Both the position numbers and the translations under genes were made by a program. The notes beneath the pieces are model-generated. The model was not told the DNA's origin. It did no database searches and worked only from the letters and a program-made list of their open reading frames with translations. From contig JAXGZS010000001.1 in NCBI GenBank assembly GCA_040776805.1, positions 621,206 to 685,205 on the forward strand: 64,000 nt of DNA, read 5' to 3'. This stretch comes from Clostridiales bacterium. Its GTDB lineage: Bacteria; Bacillota; Dehalobacteriia; UBA7702. Positions 26,151 through 37,310 of the stretch are shown one piece after another; the first letter of the stretch is position 1, and every line of letters begins with the position of its first letter.

Positions 26151-29100
26151 GGGCTGTTTTTTGTTTAGCTTTTTTTTGGCCACGGCCATCATCAGCTTAA
26201 TGCGGTTGAGCTGATTGGATTCACTGGCGCCGGGGTCGTAGTCCACGGCGATGATGTTGCTTTGGGGGAACTGTCGCCGCAGTTCCTTTAGAGCGCCCCG
26301 GCCTGTAATGTGGTTGGGCAGGCAGGCGAAAGGCTGCATGCAGACGATGTTCTCAACGCCGCTTTCGATTAGCTCAATCATTTCGCCGGTTAAGAACCAA
26401 CCCTCCCCGGCCTGGTGGCCTAAGGACACGACACCTTTGGTTTTTTCCGCTATTTTGTCAATAAAACTCGGCGGGTCAAAACGTTTGCTTTGTTTCAAGG
26501 CCTCCCGCAAAGTTTTTCGGGAGCGCTCCAAAACGGCGATGAGCAATTTACCCCAATAGTAGCCGGAGCGTTTGCCCTTTAAATAGAGGCTTTTGTACTT
26601 GGCGTTATAGGCGCAATAGAGGAAAAAATCGAGGAGGGAAGGCATCTTAGCTTCGCCACCCTCTCTTTCGATCAACTCCACAATATGGTTGTTGGCGTCA
26701 GGAGAAAACTTCACTAAGATTTCGCCCACCAGCCCGACTCGGGGTTTCGTTTCATCGTTGAGGGCTAAACAGTCAAAATCTTTGACGATGGTGAACATTT
26801 CTTTTTTATATTGGCGTACACCGCCCTTCGCCACCGTGACTTTGCCCTTCGCCACCCATTTTTCGTAAAGTTCCATGGCGCTCCCTGTGACTTTTTCATA
26901 GGGGCGTGTGCGGTAGAGGACGTTCATTAGGAGATCACCGTAGTTGATCGCCATAAAAGCGCGTTTGAGCAGTGTGGGCGTCCACTTCATGCCCGGATTG
27001 CTTTCCAGTCCTTGGGCGGAAAGGGCGATTACGGGAATCTGTGCCATACGGCATCTTGCAGCGCTTTTCTGATAAAGGCAACGTAGTTGGTGGCTCGGCA
27101 CTGGCCCCGGTCTGGGACATCATGAGGGAGATGTTATCGAGATCGTATTTGCCACTCTTGAGGGCGTTCATCAGTTGGCCCGTCGTTAGAATACAGGGGT
27201 AACAGGCGTCGTTGTGGACGTGGCGCAAACCCTCTTCCATGTCTTCGGCGGTCACCTCGGGAATCACTTCCAGATTATAGCCGCAGGCGTCAAAGGCCAC
27301 CTGCAAAAACTGAAAGTGGATCGGGGACATCTGAGGAGCTAAAATCGTATGCCGCTTCTTCATTTCCTTGGTGAAGACGGCTTTCGGCGGCGGGACAAAG
27401 GGAACAAAAGGCGTTGTTTCGCGGTTTTGCTCTTTCTGTTCATCAATGGTGACCTTGAGGGAGCGCACGCGGATGCGGGCGGCGCCGAGATTGTCGCCTT
27501 CGTCAATTTTGATGTTCGTATAGACTTTATTGTGGCGTTCCAATATTTCAGCGATCTGATCACTGGTGACGGCGTCGAGGCCGCAGCCGAAGGAGGTCAG
27601 CTGAATCAGATCAATATCATCTCTGGTGGCGGCGAAGGTCGCGGCGGCATAGAGCCGTGAATGGAAAGCCCACTGGTCCAGGACGCGCAAGGGGCGCTCC
27701 GGCGCCGTCAGGTGAGAAACGCTGTCCTCCGTAAAAACCGCCATGCCTTGATGGGTGATGATATTGGGTAACCCGTGATTGATTTCCGGGTCGATGTGGT
27801 AGGGGCGGCCCGCCAGAATAATCCCGTGCAGATCATGGGCTTCGATAAAGTGAAGGGCTTCCTCGCCTTTTTGACGCAGATCCGCTTTGAAGGCGTCGTC
27901 CTCCCGGTAAGCCTGCTCCACGGCGTCGCCGATTTCTTTGGCCGTGATGCCGAAGTCCCGGAAGGCTTTGATTAAGCCCTCTTCAAGACGGCTCTTATCC
28001 TCTAAAGTGATGATCGGATGCAGGAATTTGATGGCATGATCCCTGATCTGTTCCACGTTGTTTTTGATGACTTCGGGATAACCGGAAACCACGGGGCAGT
28101 TGAAGTTGTTGTCGCAGTTTTCATCCTCAATCTGCTCGTAGATGGTGCCGGGGTAGAAAATCGTCTCAATGCCCCGATTGATCAAAGACACGATATGGCC
28201 GTGGACGAGTTTGGCGGGATAGCAGACGGCTTCGGAAGGAATCGTTTCCATGCCCAGCTCAAACATTTTTTTATCGCTCTTCCCCGAAAGCACGACGCGA
28301 AAACCGAGGGCTGTTAAAAACGTGTGCCAGAAGGGATAGTTCTCATAGAGGTTGAGCACCCGGGGAATGCCGATTTCGCCCCGGGGCGCGTCTTCTTTTT
28401 TCAGAGAAGCATAGGAAAACAGCCGCTTGTATTTGTAGTTGAAAAGGTTTGGGATGTCGCTTTTCTTGATTTCGATATCGGCCCCGCGTTCACAACGGTT
28501 ACCGGAGATGAACTGTCTGTTGTCGGTAAATTTCATCACCGTCAGCAAACAGCGGTTGGGGCACTTGTCGCAGTGGCGGAAGGTCTTTTCGTAGCGGAAA
28601 TTTTGCAGTTCTTTTTGGCGCATAAGCGTTGTTTGGCGACCCGGTTGATACCGTTCCTTGGCGATGATGGCGGCGCCGTAAGCCCCCATCAGGCCGGCGA
28701 TATCGGGACGTACGATTTCCCTGCCGGTTTCCAGCTCAAAGCAGCGCAGAATGGCCTCGTTGTAGAAGGTACCGCCTTGGGCCAAAATCTTTTCGCCGTA
28801 TTCCTCGGGACGGCGGATCTTAATGACCTTATACAAAGCGTTTTTAATCACGGAGTAGGAAAGGCCGGCGGAGATATCCTCAATGGTAGCGCCTTCCTTT
28901 TGCGCCTGTTTGACCTTGGAGTTCATAAAGACGGTGCAGCGGTTGCCGAGATCTGCGGGAGAGTTGGAATCAATGGCCCGGGCGGCGAATTGATCTACGC
29001 TCATGCTGAGGCTGCGGGCAAAGGTATCAATGAATGAACCGCACCCGGAGGAGCAGGCTTCGTTTAAGATGATGCTCTCAATGACGTCGTTTTTGATGTG

Positions 29101-30411
29101 GATGGCTTTCATGTCCTGACCGCCGATGTCGAGGATAAAGTCCACGCCGGGCAAAAAGTGGCTGGCGGCTTTGTAGTGGGCCATGGTTTCCACTTCGCCG
29201 ATATCCACTTTGAGGGCAGCCTTGATCAGGTCTTCCCCGTAACCCGTGACCGTGGCGTTGACGATTTTCGCGTCCGCGGGGAGGGTTTGATAGATTTCGG
29301 AAAGAATCTTTACGCAGAGATCCAGAGGTTCCCCTCTGTTGCTTTCGTAGTGGGAATAGACAATGTTTTTGGCGTCGTCCATCAGCACCGTTTTCGAGGT
29401 GGTGGAGCCGGCGTCGATGCCGAGATAGAGGTTACCTTTTGCTTCGGACAGCGGTTTTTGGCCTGCTTTCGCCCGACTGTGACGTTCTCTGAAAGCGGCG
29501 AGTTCCGCTTTGTCGGTAAAGAGCGGTTTTAAACCTTGCTTTTCCGTAATATCGGTGAGATTCAAGGCTTCAACGCGCTGAATCAGGGCGGACAGGGGCA
29601 GCTCTTCCCCGCTGCCTTCTTCTCTGGCCACCAAAGCGCAGCCGTTGGATACGTAATAGTGAGCGTTTTCCGGCAGAATCGCCGTTTCTTCCGTAAGATT
29701 CAGCGTGCGGATAAAGGCTTTGCGCAGCTCCGGCAGAAAGTGAAGGGGTCCGCCTAAAAAGGCGATGTTGCCGCGAATCGGCTTGCCGCAGGCCAAGCCG
29801 CTGATGGTCTGGTTTACCACCGCCTGAAAAATGGACGCCGCAAGGTCTTCCCGGGCAGCACCTTGATTTAGAAGGGGTTGGATATCGGTCTTCGCGAAGA
29901 CGCCGCAGCGGGAGGCGATGGGGTAAATGATCTTATAGTATTTGGCCATATCATCCAAACCCTTGGCGTTGGTGTGCAATAGCAAGGCCATTTGGTCAAT
30001 GAAGGCGCCGGTACCGCCGGCGCAAGCCCCGTTCATGCGCTGCTCCATCACTTGTCCGAAATAGGTGATCTTGGCATCCTCGCCGCCAAGCTCAATGACG
30101 ACGTCGGTTTGGGGAATGAAGTACTCCACCGCTTTGGTGCAGGCAATGACCTCCTGTACGAAGTCCACGCCAATATGCCCGGAAAGACTGAGTCCTCCCG
30201 AGCCGGTAATGGCCATTTTGACCTTGATATCACCAAGGGCGTTTTTGGTTTGTTTCAATACATCTTCAACTGTGGCGCGAATATCAGAGTAATGCCGCTG
30301 ATAACAGCGGAAAAGGCAATTATTTTGCTCATCCAGTACAGTTACTTTGACAGTGGTGGATCCGATATCGAGACCGAGTACAGTTTGGGGAAATATTCTG
30401 CTCAAACGCAT
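26148..30411 (-). CDS. Giant CoA-substrate-specific enzyme activase (tandem BadF/BcrA/HgdC-type ATPase domains) fused to 2-hydroxyacyl-CoA dehydratase HgdB/D-component-like domains; reading frame interrupted by two apparent 1-nt deletions near 27035-27085
   Basis: Two acetate/sugar-kinase-fold activase domains begin LGLDIGSTTVKV and LYLGIDAGSTTSK, followed by dehydratase-component-like domains. The ORF from 30411 to 26935 and the ORF from 27101 to 26148 overlap by 167 nt in different frames. The third frame reads ATNYVAFIRKALQDA between them, so a continuous protein is restored by adding one G at each of two GG sites. Confidence 0.7.
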
Positions 30412-30597
30412 GCTCCCTTTCTTATACGGTTGAAAGTGCTACCTATATTATATTACTAATGATACAATAAAAAGCGGGAAAAAGCCATAATAACTTTTGG
30501 TAAAACTGTCGCTTTTTGTCAAAGGGAAAAACAAATGTGAAAGTTTCTCTTTCCAACGTCAAAGACATTTGCTATAATATTATTTTAAGGAGAGAAC

Positions 30598-33228
30598 ATG
30601 AAAGCGATCATATCCCATCCCAATCTCGATTTTGACGCCCTGGCTTCTATGGTCGCGGCGCAGAAGCTTTATCCCGACGCGGTCTTGGTCACCGTGGGCA
30701 AACCGGCGACGAAAGTAAGAGACTTTATCGTGCTCTACGGTAATTTTATCGAAATCAAAAATTACATTGATAAAAAAGATATCGATACGTTGATCATGGT
30801 CGATACCCGTTCAAAAAAGCGTCTGCTTGAATTTGGCCGGGTTTTGGAAAACGAAAATATAGATGTGATCGTTTACGATCACCACGAAAACAGCGATGAC
30901 GATATTGTCAACGCAAAGATCCACCATGAAGCCTTAGGCGCCAACGTGACCCAACTCATCGAATTGATCCGGGAGCGTAAGCTTGCCGTCACGCCTCAGG
31001 AAGCCACTGTTTTTGCCCTCGGTATTTACGACGACACCGGTTCCCTGCGCTTTTCTTCGACGACCGAAAGGGATCTAACGGCTGCGGCCTGGCTGCTGTC
31101 ACAAGGCGCGAATCTCGACGTGATTTCGGAATTCACAGAGCTTTCTCTCACCGCGGAACAAAGCGAACTCTTTACCGAACTGCTCAACCACAGCGAAATC
31201 CGCACGATCCATAAGAAAGACGTTTTGATCGCCACGGCGGAAACGGAGCGGTTCATCAATGACCTTGCTTCCCTTACCATGAAGGTGAAGGAGGTTTATG
31301 CCGTCGATGCCATCTGCGCCGTGGTACGCATGGAAAACCGCATTCACATCGTGGGCAGAAGCGCGACCAAGGAAATCAATATCAAGGAAATCCTCGCCGA
31401 TTACGGCGGCAGAGGCCACATCATGGCCGCCTCCGCCATGCTGAAGGATGCTTCCCTTAACCTTCCTGATCTCGCCGAAGCTCTTTTTAAAGCCTTTGCA
31501 GAGCGTATTCCATCGCCCCTCACGGTGAAGGAGCTGATGTCGACGCCGGTGAAAACCATCAGTCCCCATATCACCGTTTACGAAGTGGGGGAATACATGC
31601 TGCGCTACGGCCATTCCGCTTATCCTGTGGTGGAAAACGACCGCCTGATCGGCATGATCTCCCGGCGTGACGTCGATAAATGCAAATATCACGGCTTGGG
31701 GAACGTTCCCGTCAAAGGCTATATGTCCCATCATGTGATCACCGTGTCCCCGGATACCTTAGCGGAAGACGCCAGGGAACTGCTGATTAAAAAGAATATC
31801 GGTCACCTGCCGGTGGTGGAAAACGCTACCTTAATCGGTATCGTAACCCGTACAGATTTACTGCGGACGTTTTACGGTCAACAGATCGTCGGCGGTCATC
31901 AACTGACTTATACGAAAAATTCCACAGGGGAAGAGCGCGTCAATTTATTTCATGCCTTGAAAAAAGCGCTGCCCGGGGAAATGTTTCAGATTTTGGGCAA
32001 GATCTCCGCTTTGGCGGACCGGGAAGGCATCCGGGTTTTTCTCGTGGGCGGCCTTGTCCGCGATTTGCTGCTGGGGGAAAACAGCGTGGATTTCGATATC
32101 GTGGTAGAAGGTGACGGCATTGCCTTTGCCGAAGATATCGCTGTGATGCTCTCGGGGACGATTTCCGCCTATCCCAAGTTCGGCACCGCCACGGTGCTCT
32201 TGAACGGTGTGATCAAAATTGATGTGGCCGGTGCGCGCACGGAGTTTTACGAATACCCCGCCGCCGCTCCCAAAGTGGAGCAGGGTTCTTTGAAGCAGGA
32301 TTTGTTCCGCCGGGATTTCACCGTCAATGCCATGGCTCTATCGCTGAATTTTGAAACCTTCGGTCAACTGATCGATTACTATAACGGCAGAGAAGATCTG
32401 CAAAACAAAAAAATCAGGGTGCTGCATAACCTCAGTTTTGTGGAGGACCCTACCCGTATTTTCCGGGCCCTTCGTTTTGAAGCCCGCTACGGTTTTACCA
32501 TGACCGAGGAAACCCAAGGTTTTGCCCTGAAAGCCATCGAAGACGGCGTTTTGGCAAACCTCTCCCGCCGGCGTATCTGGCATGAGACCGACCTTGCCCT
32601 ACAGGAGGACTGCGCCTTTCAGATTTTGGCAAAGATGGAGCAATTTTGTATTTGGCCGTATCTGTTCCCCGGTTATGCTTTCGACGCTTCCCTGAAAGAC
32701 AGCTTCGAAAAAATTGTCGGCGGCAATCCCCTGTTCCAAAAGGTCTTGCGCAAGCCCAACCTGCCTTTGCTCCGGTTTTTACTGCTTGTTTTTCCCCAGA
32801 AACGGGAAGATCTCAACACCTTTTTTGAAGAAGCGCAGCTTCCCCGGGCCTACCGGGACGCGGTGTGGAGCTTGCAAGACCAGGCCGCCGGGATGACCGA
32901 AGAAGACGAGGATTTTTCCGAGCTTACCTGGTATACGTTGATGGCGGAAACCGCAGCCGAGGTGTTGATTGCCTTGTACGCGAAAGTTTCGCCCCTTTGG
33001 CAGAGGCGGCTGCTGGAAGCGTTTTCCTTTTTCCGCGAACATCGGATTTTCTGTACGAAACAGGATATTCGCGCACTTGAAGGTTATGAACGGGGAACCA
33101 TTGAAAACATCCTGACGGATCTTTTGGCGGAAAAGAAAAAAGGAAACGTGCCTACGAAAGAACAAGAGCTGGCGTATATTCGTGAAAATTTGAAAAACGG
33201 GAAATATAAAGGAGAAATTGATGTTTGA
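30598..33228 (+). CDS. Multidomain DHH/DHHA1 phosphoesterase - CBS pair - tRNA nucleotidyltransferase/poly(A) polymerase (CCA-adding enzyme-like) protein
   Basis: The N-terminus has DHH motifs (ISHPNLDFDALAS, DHHENSD). There are two CBS segments. The polymerase-beta nucleotidyltransferase motif GGLVRDLLLGENSVDFDIVVEGD is followed by an HD-like C-terminal tail. Confidence 0.8.
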   Translation: MKAIISHPNLDFDALASMVAAQKLYPDAVLVTVGKPATKVRDFIVLYGNFIEIKNYIDKKDIDTLIMVDTRSKKRLLEFGRVLENENIDVIVYDHHENSDDDIVNAKIHHEALGANVTQLIELIRERKLAVTPQEATVFALGIYDDTGSLRFSSTTERDLTAAAWLLSQGANLDVISEFTELSLTAEQSELFTELLNHSEIRTIHKKDVLIATAETERFINDLASLTMKVKEVYAVDAICAVVRMENRIHIVGRSATKEINIKEILADYGGRGHIMAASAMLKDASLNLPDLAEALFKAFAERIPSPLTVKELMSTPVKTISPHITVYEVGEYMLRYGHSAYPVVENDRLIGMISRRDVDKCKYHGLGNVPVKGYMSHHVITVSPDTLAEDARELLIKKNIGHLPVVENATLIGIVTRTDLLRTFYGQQIVGGHQLTYTKNSTGEERVNLFHALKKALPGEMFQILGKISALADREGIRVFLVGGLVRDLLLGENSVDFDIVVEGDGIAFAEDIAVMLSGTISAYPKFGTATVLLNGVIKIDVAGARTEFYEYPAAAPKVEQGSLKQDLFRRDFTVNAMALSLNFETFGQLIDYYNGREDLQNKKIRVLHNLSFVEDPTRIFRALRFEARYGFTMTEETQGFALKAIEDGVLANLSRRRIWHETDLALQEDCAFQILAKMEQFCIWPYLFPGYAFDASLKDSFEKIVGGNPLFQKVLRKPNLPLLRFLLLVFPQKREDLNTFFEEAQLPRAYRDAVWSLQDQAAGMTEEDEDFSELTWYTLMAETAAEVLIALYAKVSPLWQRRLLEAFSFFREHRIFCTKQDIRALEGYERGTIENILTDLLAEKKKGNVPTKEQELAYIRENLKNGKYKGEIDV

Positions 33229-33901
33229 TTTTAGCATGGGTTGGGTCTTCCAGAAGCTGGCCTTGATCCCCGCCATTTTGGTCGCCCTGACCTTACATGA
33301 GTTGTGCCACGGTTTTGTGGCTTACCGCCTCGGTGATCACACCGCCAAAAGCCAGGGACGATTGAGCCTAAACCCCTTAAAACACCTGGATCCTATGGGT
33401 ACTCTCTGTTTGATCTTCGTCGGTTTCGGCTGGGCGAAACCGGTACCGGTGAATCCCTATGCCCTGACCAAAAAACCCAAAACCGGCATGGCCTGGGTGG
33501 CCGCGGCGGGGCCTGCCTCCAACCTCTTTTTGGCGTTCCTCGGCGGGATTTTTCTCCTGCTCTACGTACATGTTGTGGGTTACGCTTGGCTAAGCGGCAG
33601 TGAATACAACGCGACCTATTATTTCGGTCTCTTCTTTTTCTATTTTATCCAAATCAATGTTGTCCTGATGATTTTCAACCTAATCCCGCTGCCGCCTTTG
33701 GACGGTTCCCGGATCGTTTCGGCGTTTCTCAGTCCCGCGCTGCGTTACCGCTATAATTTGATCGAACAATACGGCATTTTCATTCTATTGTTACTTTGTA
33801 TCTTTCCCTTGAACAAGCCACTCATCAGCTATATTTTAACGACGCCGGTGAGTTTTTTGACCAACCTGATCTGCTCGCTGGCAGGCATCACGATTTACTA
33901 A
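33218..33901 (+). CDS. Site-2 protease (M50) family membrane metalloprotease
   Basis: An HELCH (HExxH) motif sits within a TM helix, with multiple TM segments and an LDGS-type motif near the C-terminus. Confidence 0.8.
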   Translation: MMFDFSMGWVFQKLALIPAILVALTLHELCHGFVAYRLGDHTAKSQGRLSLNPLKHLDPMGTLCLIFVGFGWAKPVPVNPYALTKKPKTGMAWVAAAGPASNLFLAFLGGIFLLLYVHVVGYAWLSGSEYNATYYFGLFFFYFIQINVVLMIFNLIPLPPLDGSRIVSAFLSPALRYRYNLIEQYGIFILLLLCIFPLNKPLISYILTTPVSFLTNLICSLAGITIY

Positions 33902-33916
33902 TCGAAGGAGAATACC

Positions 33917-34903
33917 ATGACAAAAGAAGTGATTTTAAGCGGTATGCGGCCCACTGGAAAGCTGCACCTCGGGCATTTGAGCGTCTTGGAAAACTGGGCC
34001 GCGCTGCAAGAGGGAAACGAAAATTATTATATGATCGCCGATTGGCATACCTTGACCACCGGTTTTTCCGATACGTTGCAAATCAGGGAAAATATCAGGG
34101 AAATGGCCTTAGACTTTCTGGCGGCGGGGATCGATCCCGACCACAGCGCGATTTTTGTGCAGAGCCACGTCAAAGAACATGCCGAGCTTGATTTGCTGCT
34201 TTCGATGATTACCCCCATAAGCTGGCTGGAACGGGTGCCAACCTTCAAGGATCAGATCGTTCAATTCGGCAAAGAAGGGAAGGATATCTCCACCCACGGC
34301 TTTTTGGGGTATCCCTTGCTGATGTCCGCGGATATCATGGTCTATCGCGGTACCGGGGTGCCCGTGGGCGAAGATCAGCTGCCCCACCTGGAATTTACCC
34401 GTGAACTGGTGCGGCGGTTCAATTACCTCTATGAAACGGAAGTTTTTCCCGAACCGAAAGCGCTTATGGCAAAAATCAAGCTGCTGCCGGGAACCGATAA
34501 CCGCAAGATGAGCAAAAGCTACGGCAACGATATCCCCTTAGACGCCGATCCGAAACTCATCGGCCAGCGGGTTAGCCAGATGGTGACGGATCCCGCCCGG
34601 ATCAAAAAGGACGATCTCGGTCATCCTGATGTTTGTACCGTCTACACCTACCATACGTTTTACAATAAGGCGGAAGCCGCCGATATCGAGGAACGCTGCA
34701 AAGCGGGGACCATTGGCTGTGTGGCCTGTAAAAAGCGGCTGGCAAACGTTCTCGAGGCCTTTATGTCGCCGATGCGGGAGCGACGAAACGCTTTGGCGGC
34801 GGATCCGGCCCGGCTTCAGGATATTCTGGCCGACGGTGAAGAACGCGCCCGTCAAACAGCGTCTAAAACATTGACCATGGTCAGGGAGGCTATGCGTATC
34901 TGA
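33917..34903 (+). CDS. trpS: Tryptophan--tRNA ligase
   Basis: HIGH-type motif TGKLHLGHL and KMSKS motif are present. 328 aa. Confidence 0.95.
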   Translation: MTKEVILSGMRPTGKLHLGHLSVLENWAALQEGNENYYMIADWHTLTTGFSDTLQIRENIREMALDFLAAGIDPDHSAIFVQSHVKEHAELDLLLSMITPISWLERVPTFKDQIVQFGKEGKDISTHGFLGYPLLMSADIMVYRGTGVPVGEDQLPHLEFTRELVRRFNYLYETEVFPEPKALMAKIKLLPGTDNRKMSKSYGNDIPLDADPKLIGQRVSQMVTDPARIKKDDLGHPDVCTVYTYHTFYNKAEAADIEERCKAGTIGCVACKKRLANVLEAFMSPMRERRNALAADPARLQDILADGEERARQTASKTLTMVREAMRI

Positions 34904-35664
34904 TGTCCATCTCGATCCGCTTGGATAATTTTGAAGGCCCTTTTGATCTGCTGTGCCATCTTCTTGATGAAAACCAGGTGGATATTTACGATATTCCCAT
35001 CGCCGAAATTACCAGACAATATCTCTCCTACCTCAACGCCATGAGCAGTCTTGATCTTGAGGTTGCCAGCGAATTTCTCGTTCTGGCGGCGACGCTCATC
35101 GCCATCAAGACCAAAATGCTGCTGCCCGCGGCCCATAAGGACGACGGCGCTTCGTTTCCCGAAGGGTATTATGAGGAGGAGGATGACCCCAGAAACGATT
35201 TGGTGCGGCAGATTCTGGAATATAAGAAATATCGGGAATTGGCGGATTCCTTTTCCGCCCTGGCGGAGAAGCGCAACCGGCAGATCGTGCGTCCCGATGA
35301 AACGGAGATGTATATTTCTCTCTTTCATGAGCACGATATCTTTCACGGCTTTTCTTTGGATAATCTAAACGCGGCCATGGAAACGATCCTGGAGCGCCTG
35401 GGGGAAAAGGAACTTTTTCACCGGGTAAAGCGGGAAAATATCACCGTAGATCAGCAGATTCACCTTATCGAGCTGCGTTTGAGAGAATTTCCCGCGGGGA
35501 TTCGCTTCGCCGAGCTTTGCGACGCCTGCGACGGTAAAATCCGCGTGATCGTGCTCTTTTTGGCGTTGCTGGAAATGATTCGCCGCCGCAGCATCGTTAT
35601 TTTACAAAAAGTCAATTACGGGGAGATCATGATCTTTCCCGCAGAAAGTGTGAGCAGGATTTAA
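34903..35664 (+). CDS. scpA: Segregation and condensation protein A
   Basis: The N-terminus FEGPFDLLCHLLDENQVDIYDIPIAEIT is canonical ScpA. Confidence 0.9.
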   Translation: MSISIRLDNFEGPFDLLCHLLDENQVDIYDIPIAEITRQYLSYLNAMSSLDLEVASEFLVLAATLIAIKTKMLLPAAHKDDGASFPEGYYEEEDDPRNDLVRQILEYKKYRELADSFSALAEKRNRQIVRPDETEMYISLFHEHDIFHGFSLDNLNAAMETILERLGEKELFHRVKRENITVDQQIHLIELRLREFPAGIRFAELCDACDGKIRVIVLFLALLEMIRRRSIVILQKVNYGEIMIFPAESVSRI

Positions 35665-36206
35665 TGGAACCTCTTTTCAGTACAGAAATCAGACAAGCCA
35701 TCGAAGCGCTGCTGTTTTCCTCACCGGAACCGCTGAAACGGAAGGAAATCGCCGCCTGCGCCCAATGCAGCGAAGAGACGGCGAAAGAAATATTGGATGA
35801 GCTCATCGATTTTTATCAGGACCGTGGCTTTCATTTGCAGGAAGTCGCCGGCGGTTATCAATTCGTTACCGAGGAAGCGGTCTACCCCTATTTGGAAAAA
35901 CTATATCAACCGAAGGTGCACCGCCTGAGCAAAGCCGCCTTGGAGACGTTGGCGATCATCGCTTACTGTCAGCCGGTCACCCGCGGTGAAATCGAAAATA
36001 TTCGCGGCGTCAATGCCGATTCCCTGGTGGCAAGTCTCTACGAAAAAGGCTTGCTGAAAGAAATGGGCAGAAAGGATACGCCGGGCAAACCCGTTTTGTA
36101 TGGCACTTCTGAAAAGTTCTTGGCGCTTTTGGGGATCAACTCCCTTGAGGAGCTTCCCGCAGTGAACAGAAAGGATGCCGCTGAAAAAGAAGAGGGTATG
36201 ATATGA
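35664..36206 (+). CDS. scpB: Segregation and condensation protein B
   Basis: Winged-helix ScpB motifs are present (IEALLFSSPEPL, TRGEIENIRGV), immediately following scpA. Confidence 0.9.
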   Translation: MEPLFSTEIRQAIEALLFSSPEPLKRKEIAACAQCSEETAKEILDELIDFYQDRGFHLQEVAGGYQFVTEEAVYPYLEKLYQPKVHRLSKAALETLAIIAYCQPVTRGEIENIRGVNADSLVASLYEKGLLKEMGRKDTPGKPVLYGTSEKFLALLGINSLEELPAVNRKDAAEKEEGMI

Positions 36207-36817
36207 CGCTCCTGATCGTCCTCCTGATCGTTCTCCTGTTTCTGCTGCTTTTGCTGTTTTATCCCCTTCGGATCACGTTACATATTTCCTACCTGGACGG
36301 GAAGGATACCGAAAGAGTCATTCTGCACCCGGTGCTGAACATCAAGAAGATCGGTATCACGGTGTACGACAGCGAGCACCCCAAAACGAAAAAGGAGAAA
36401 AAGGGCGCAAAAGCCAAAACAAAAAAGAAGGAAGAAGCCAAAGTAAAGGCGAAAAAGCAATGGAAACCCTTAAACGAGCTGATTCCCAAAATCCTCGGGC
36501 TGATGAAACGTTTCAAAAAAGGTCTCAAACGCTTTAGAGTGCGCCTGCGCGTTGTTTACGGTTTTCCTGATCCCGCTGTTACCGGCGAGGTCAGCGGAGC
36601 GATCTATGCTGCTTTGCCCCTGATTTTCGGCGATCTGCGCCATTGCCGCTGGCGCATCGGTCTTTATCCCGCCTGGTGTACACAATCCATGATGGCGGCG
36701 GTGGATGGCGATATCCGCGTCTGTGTTTTTGACCTGATTTTAGCTTTTGGCAGTATGCTGCCGAGCGTATTAAAAATACTACCCAAAAAGAAGAAAAAAA
36801 CGGAGGAAGAAAAATGA
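36203..36817 (+). CDS. ytfI: Sporulation-associated protein of the YtfI/DUF2953 type with Lys-rich linker
   Basis: An N-terminal TM helix is followed by a KKEKKGAKAKTKKKEEAKVKAKK low-complexity linker. It lies upstream of a gerW/ytfJ-like gene, as in Bacilli and Clostridia. Confidence 0.5.
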   Translation: MTLLIVLLIVLLFLLLLLFYPLRITLHISYLDGKDTERVILHPVLNIKKIGITVYDSEHPKTKKEKKGAKAKTKKKEEAKVKAKKQWKPLNELIPKILGLMKRFKKGLKRFRVRLRVVYGFPDPAVTGEVSGAIYAALPLIFGDLRHCRWRIGLYPAWCTQSMMAAVDGDIRVCVFDLILAFGSMLPSVLKILPKKKKKTEEEK

Positions 36818-37263
36818 GCGAACATCCGATTGAAGCATTGATGACCAGTGTATTGGAAAATCTAAAAAAAGTGGTGGACGCCAATACCGTGATCGGCGAT
36901 CCCATGAATTTGCCCAACGGCACGTCTATCATCCCCGTAACAAAACTGGCCTGCGGTTTCGGTTGCGGCGGCGGTGAATACGGCAAGCCGGAAGCAAACG
37001 CGAAGATGCCCTTTGGCGGTGGTACCGGCGGCGGCATCAGCGTGCAACCCTTAGGCTTTATTGCCGTCACCGCCGACGATGTGAAATTCATCCATATCGA
37101 CGACGCCAGCATTGGCGGCAACATCGATTCCGTGGTGGAAAGCATTGTGAAACTCGTGAAAAACCTGGGCAAAAAGAAGGGGAGAGAAGAAGCTGCTGCG
37201 GAAGAAGGAATCGAAGAAGAAATTATTGTAGAATTCAGTGAGACGGAAGAATCACCGAAATAA
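36814..37263 (+). CDS. gerW: Spore germination protein GerW/YtfJ family
   Basis: The conserved core PMNLPNGTSIIPVTKLACGFGCGGGEYG, typical of YtfJ/GerW, is present. Confidence 0.8.
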   Translation: MSEHPIEALMTSVLENLKKVVDANTVIGDPMNLPNGTSIIPVTKLACGFGCGGGEYGKPEANAKMPFGGGTGGGISVQPLGFIAVTADDVKFIHIDDASIGGNIDSVVESIVKLVKNLGKKKGREEAAAEEGIEEEIIVEFSETEESPK

Positions 37264-37282
37264 GGGATCATAAAGAGTAGCA

Positions 37283-37310
37283 TCGCCCGGCCTAGGCCGG
37301 GCGATTTTTA
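37283..37310 (+). terminator. Rho-independent terminator after gerW
   Basis: tcgcccggcctaggccgggcga hairpin, followed by ttttta. Confidence 0.85.

Noticed and set aside
33218-33920. Possible T-box leader for trpS, and likewise for hisS at 56926-56935
   Set aside because: The upstream genes end 9-16 nt before the tRNA-synthetase start codons. No leader space exists and no T-box sequence (AATTAGGGTGGTACC-like) is present.
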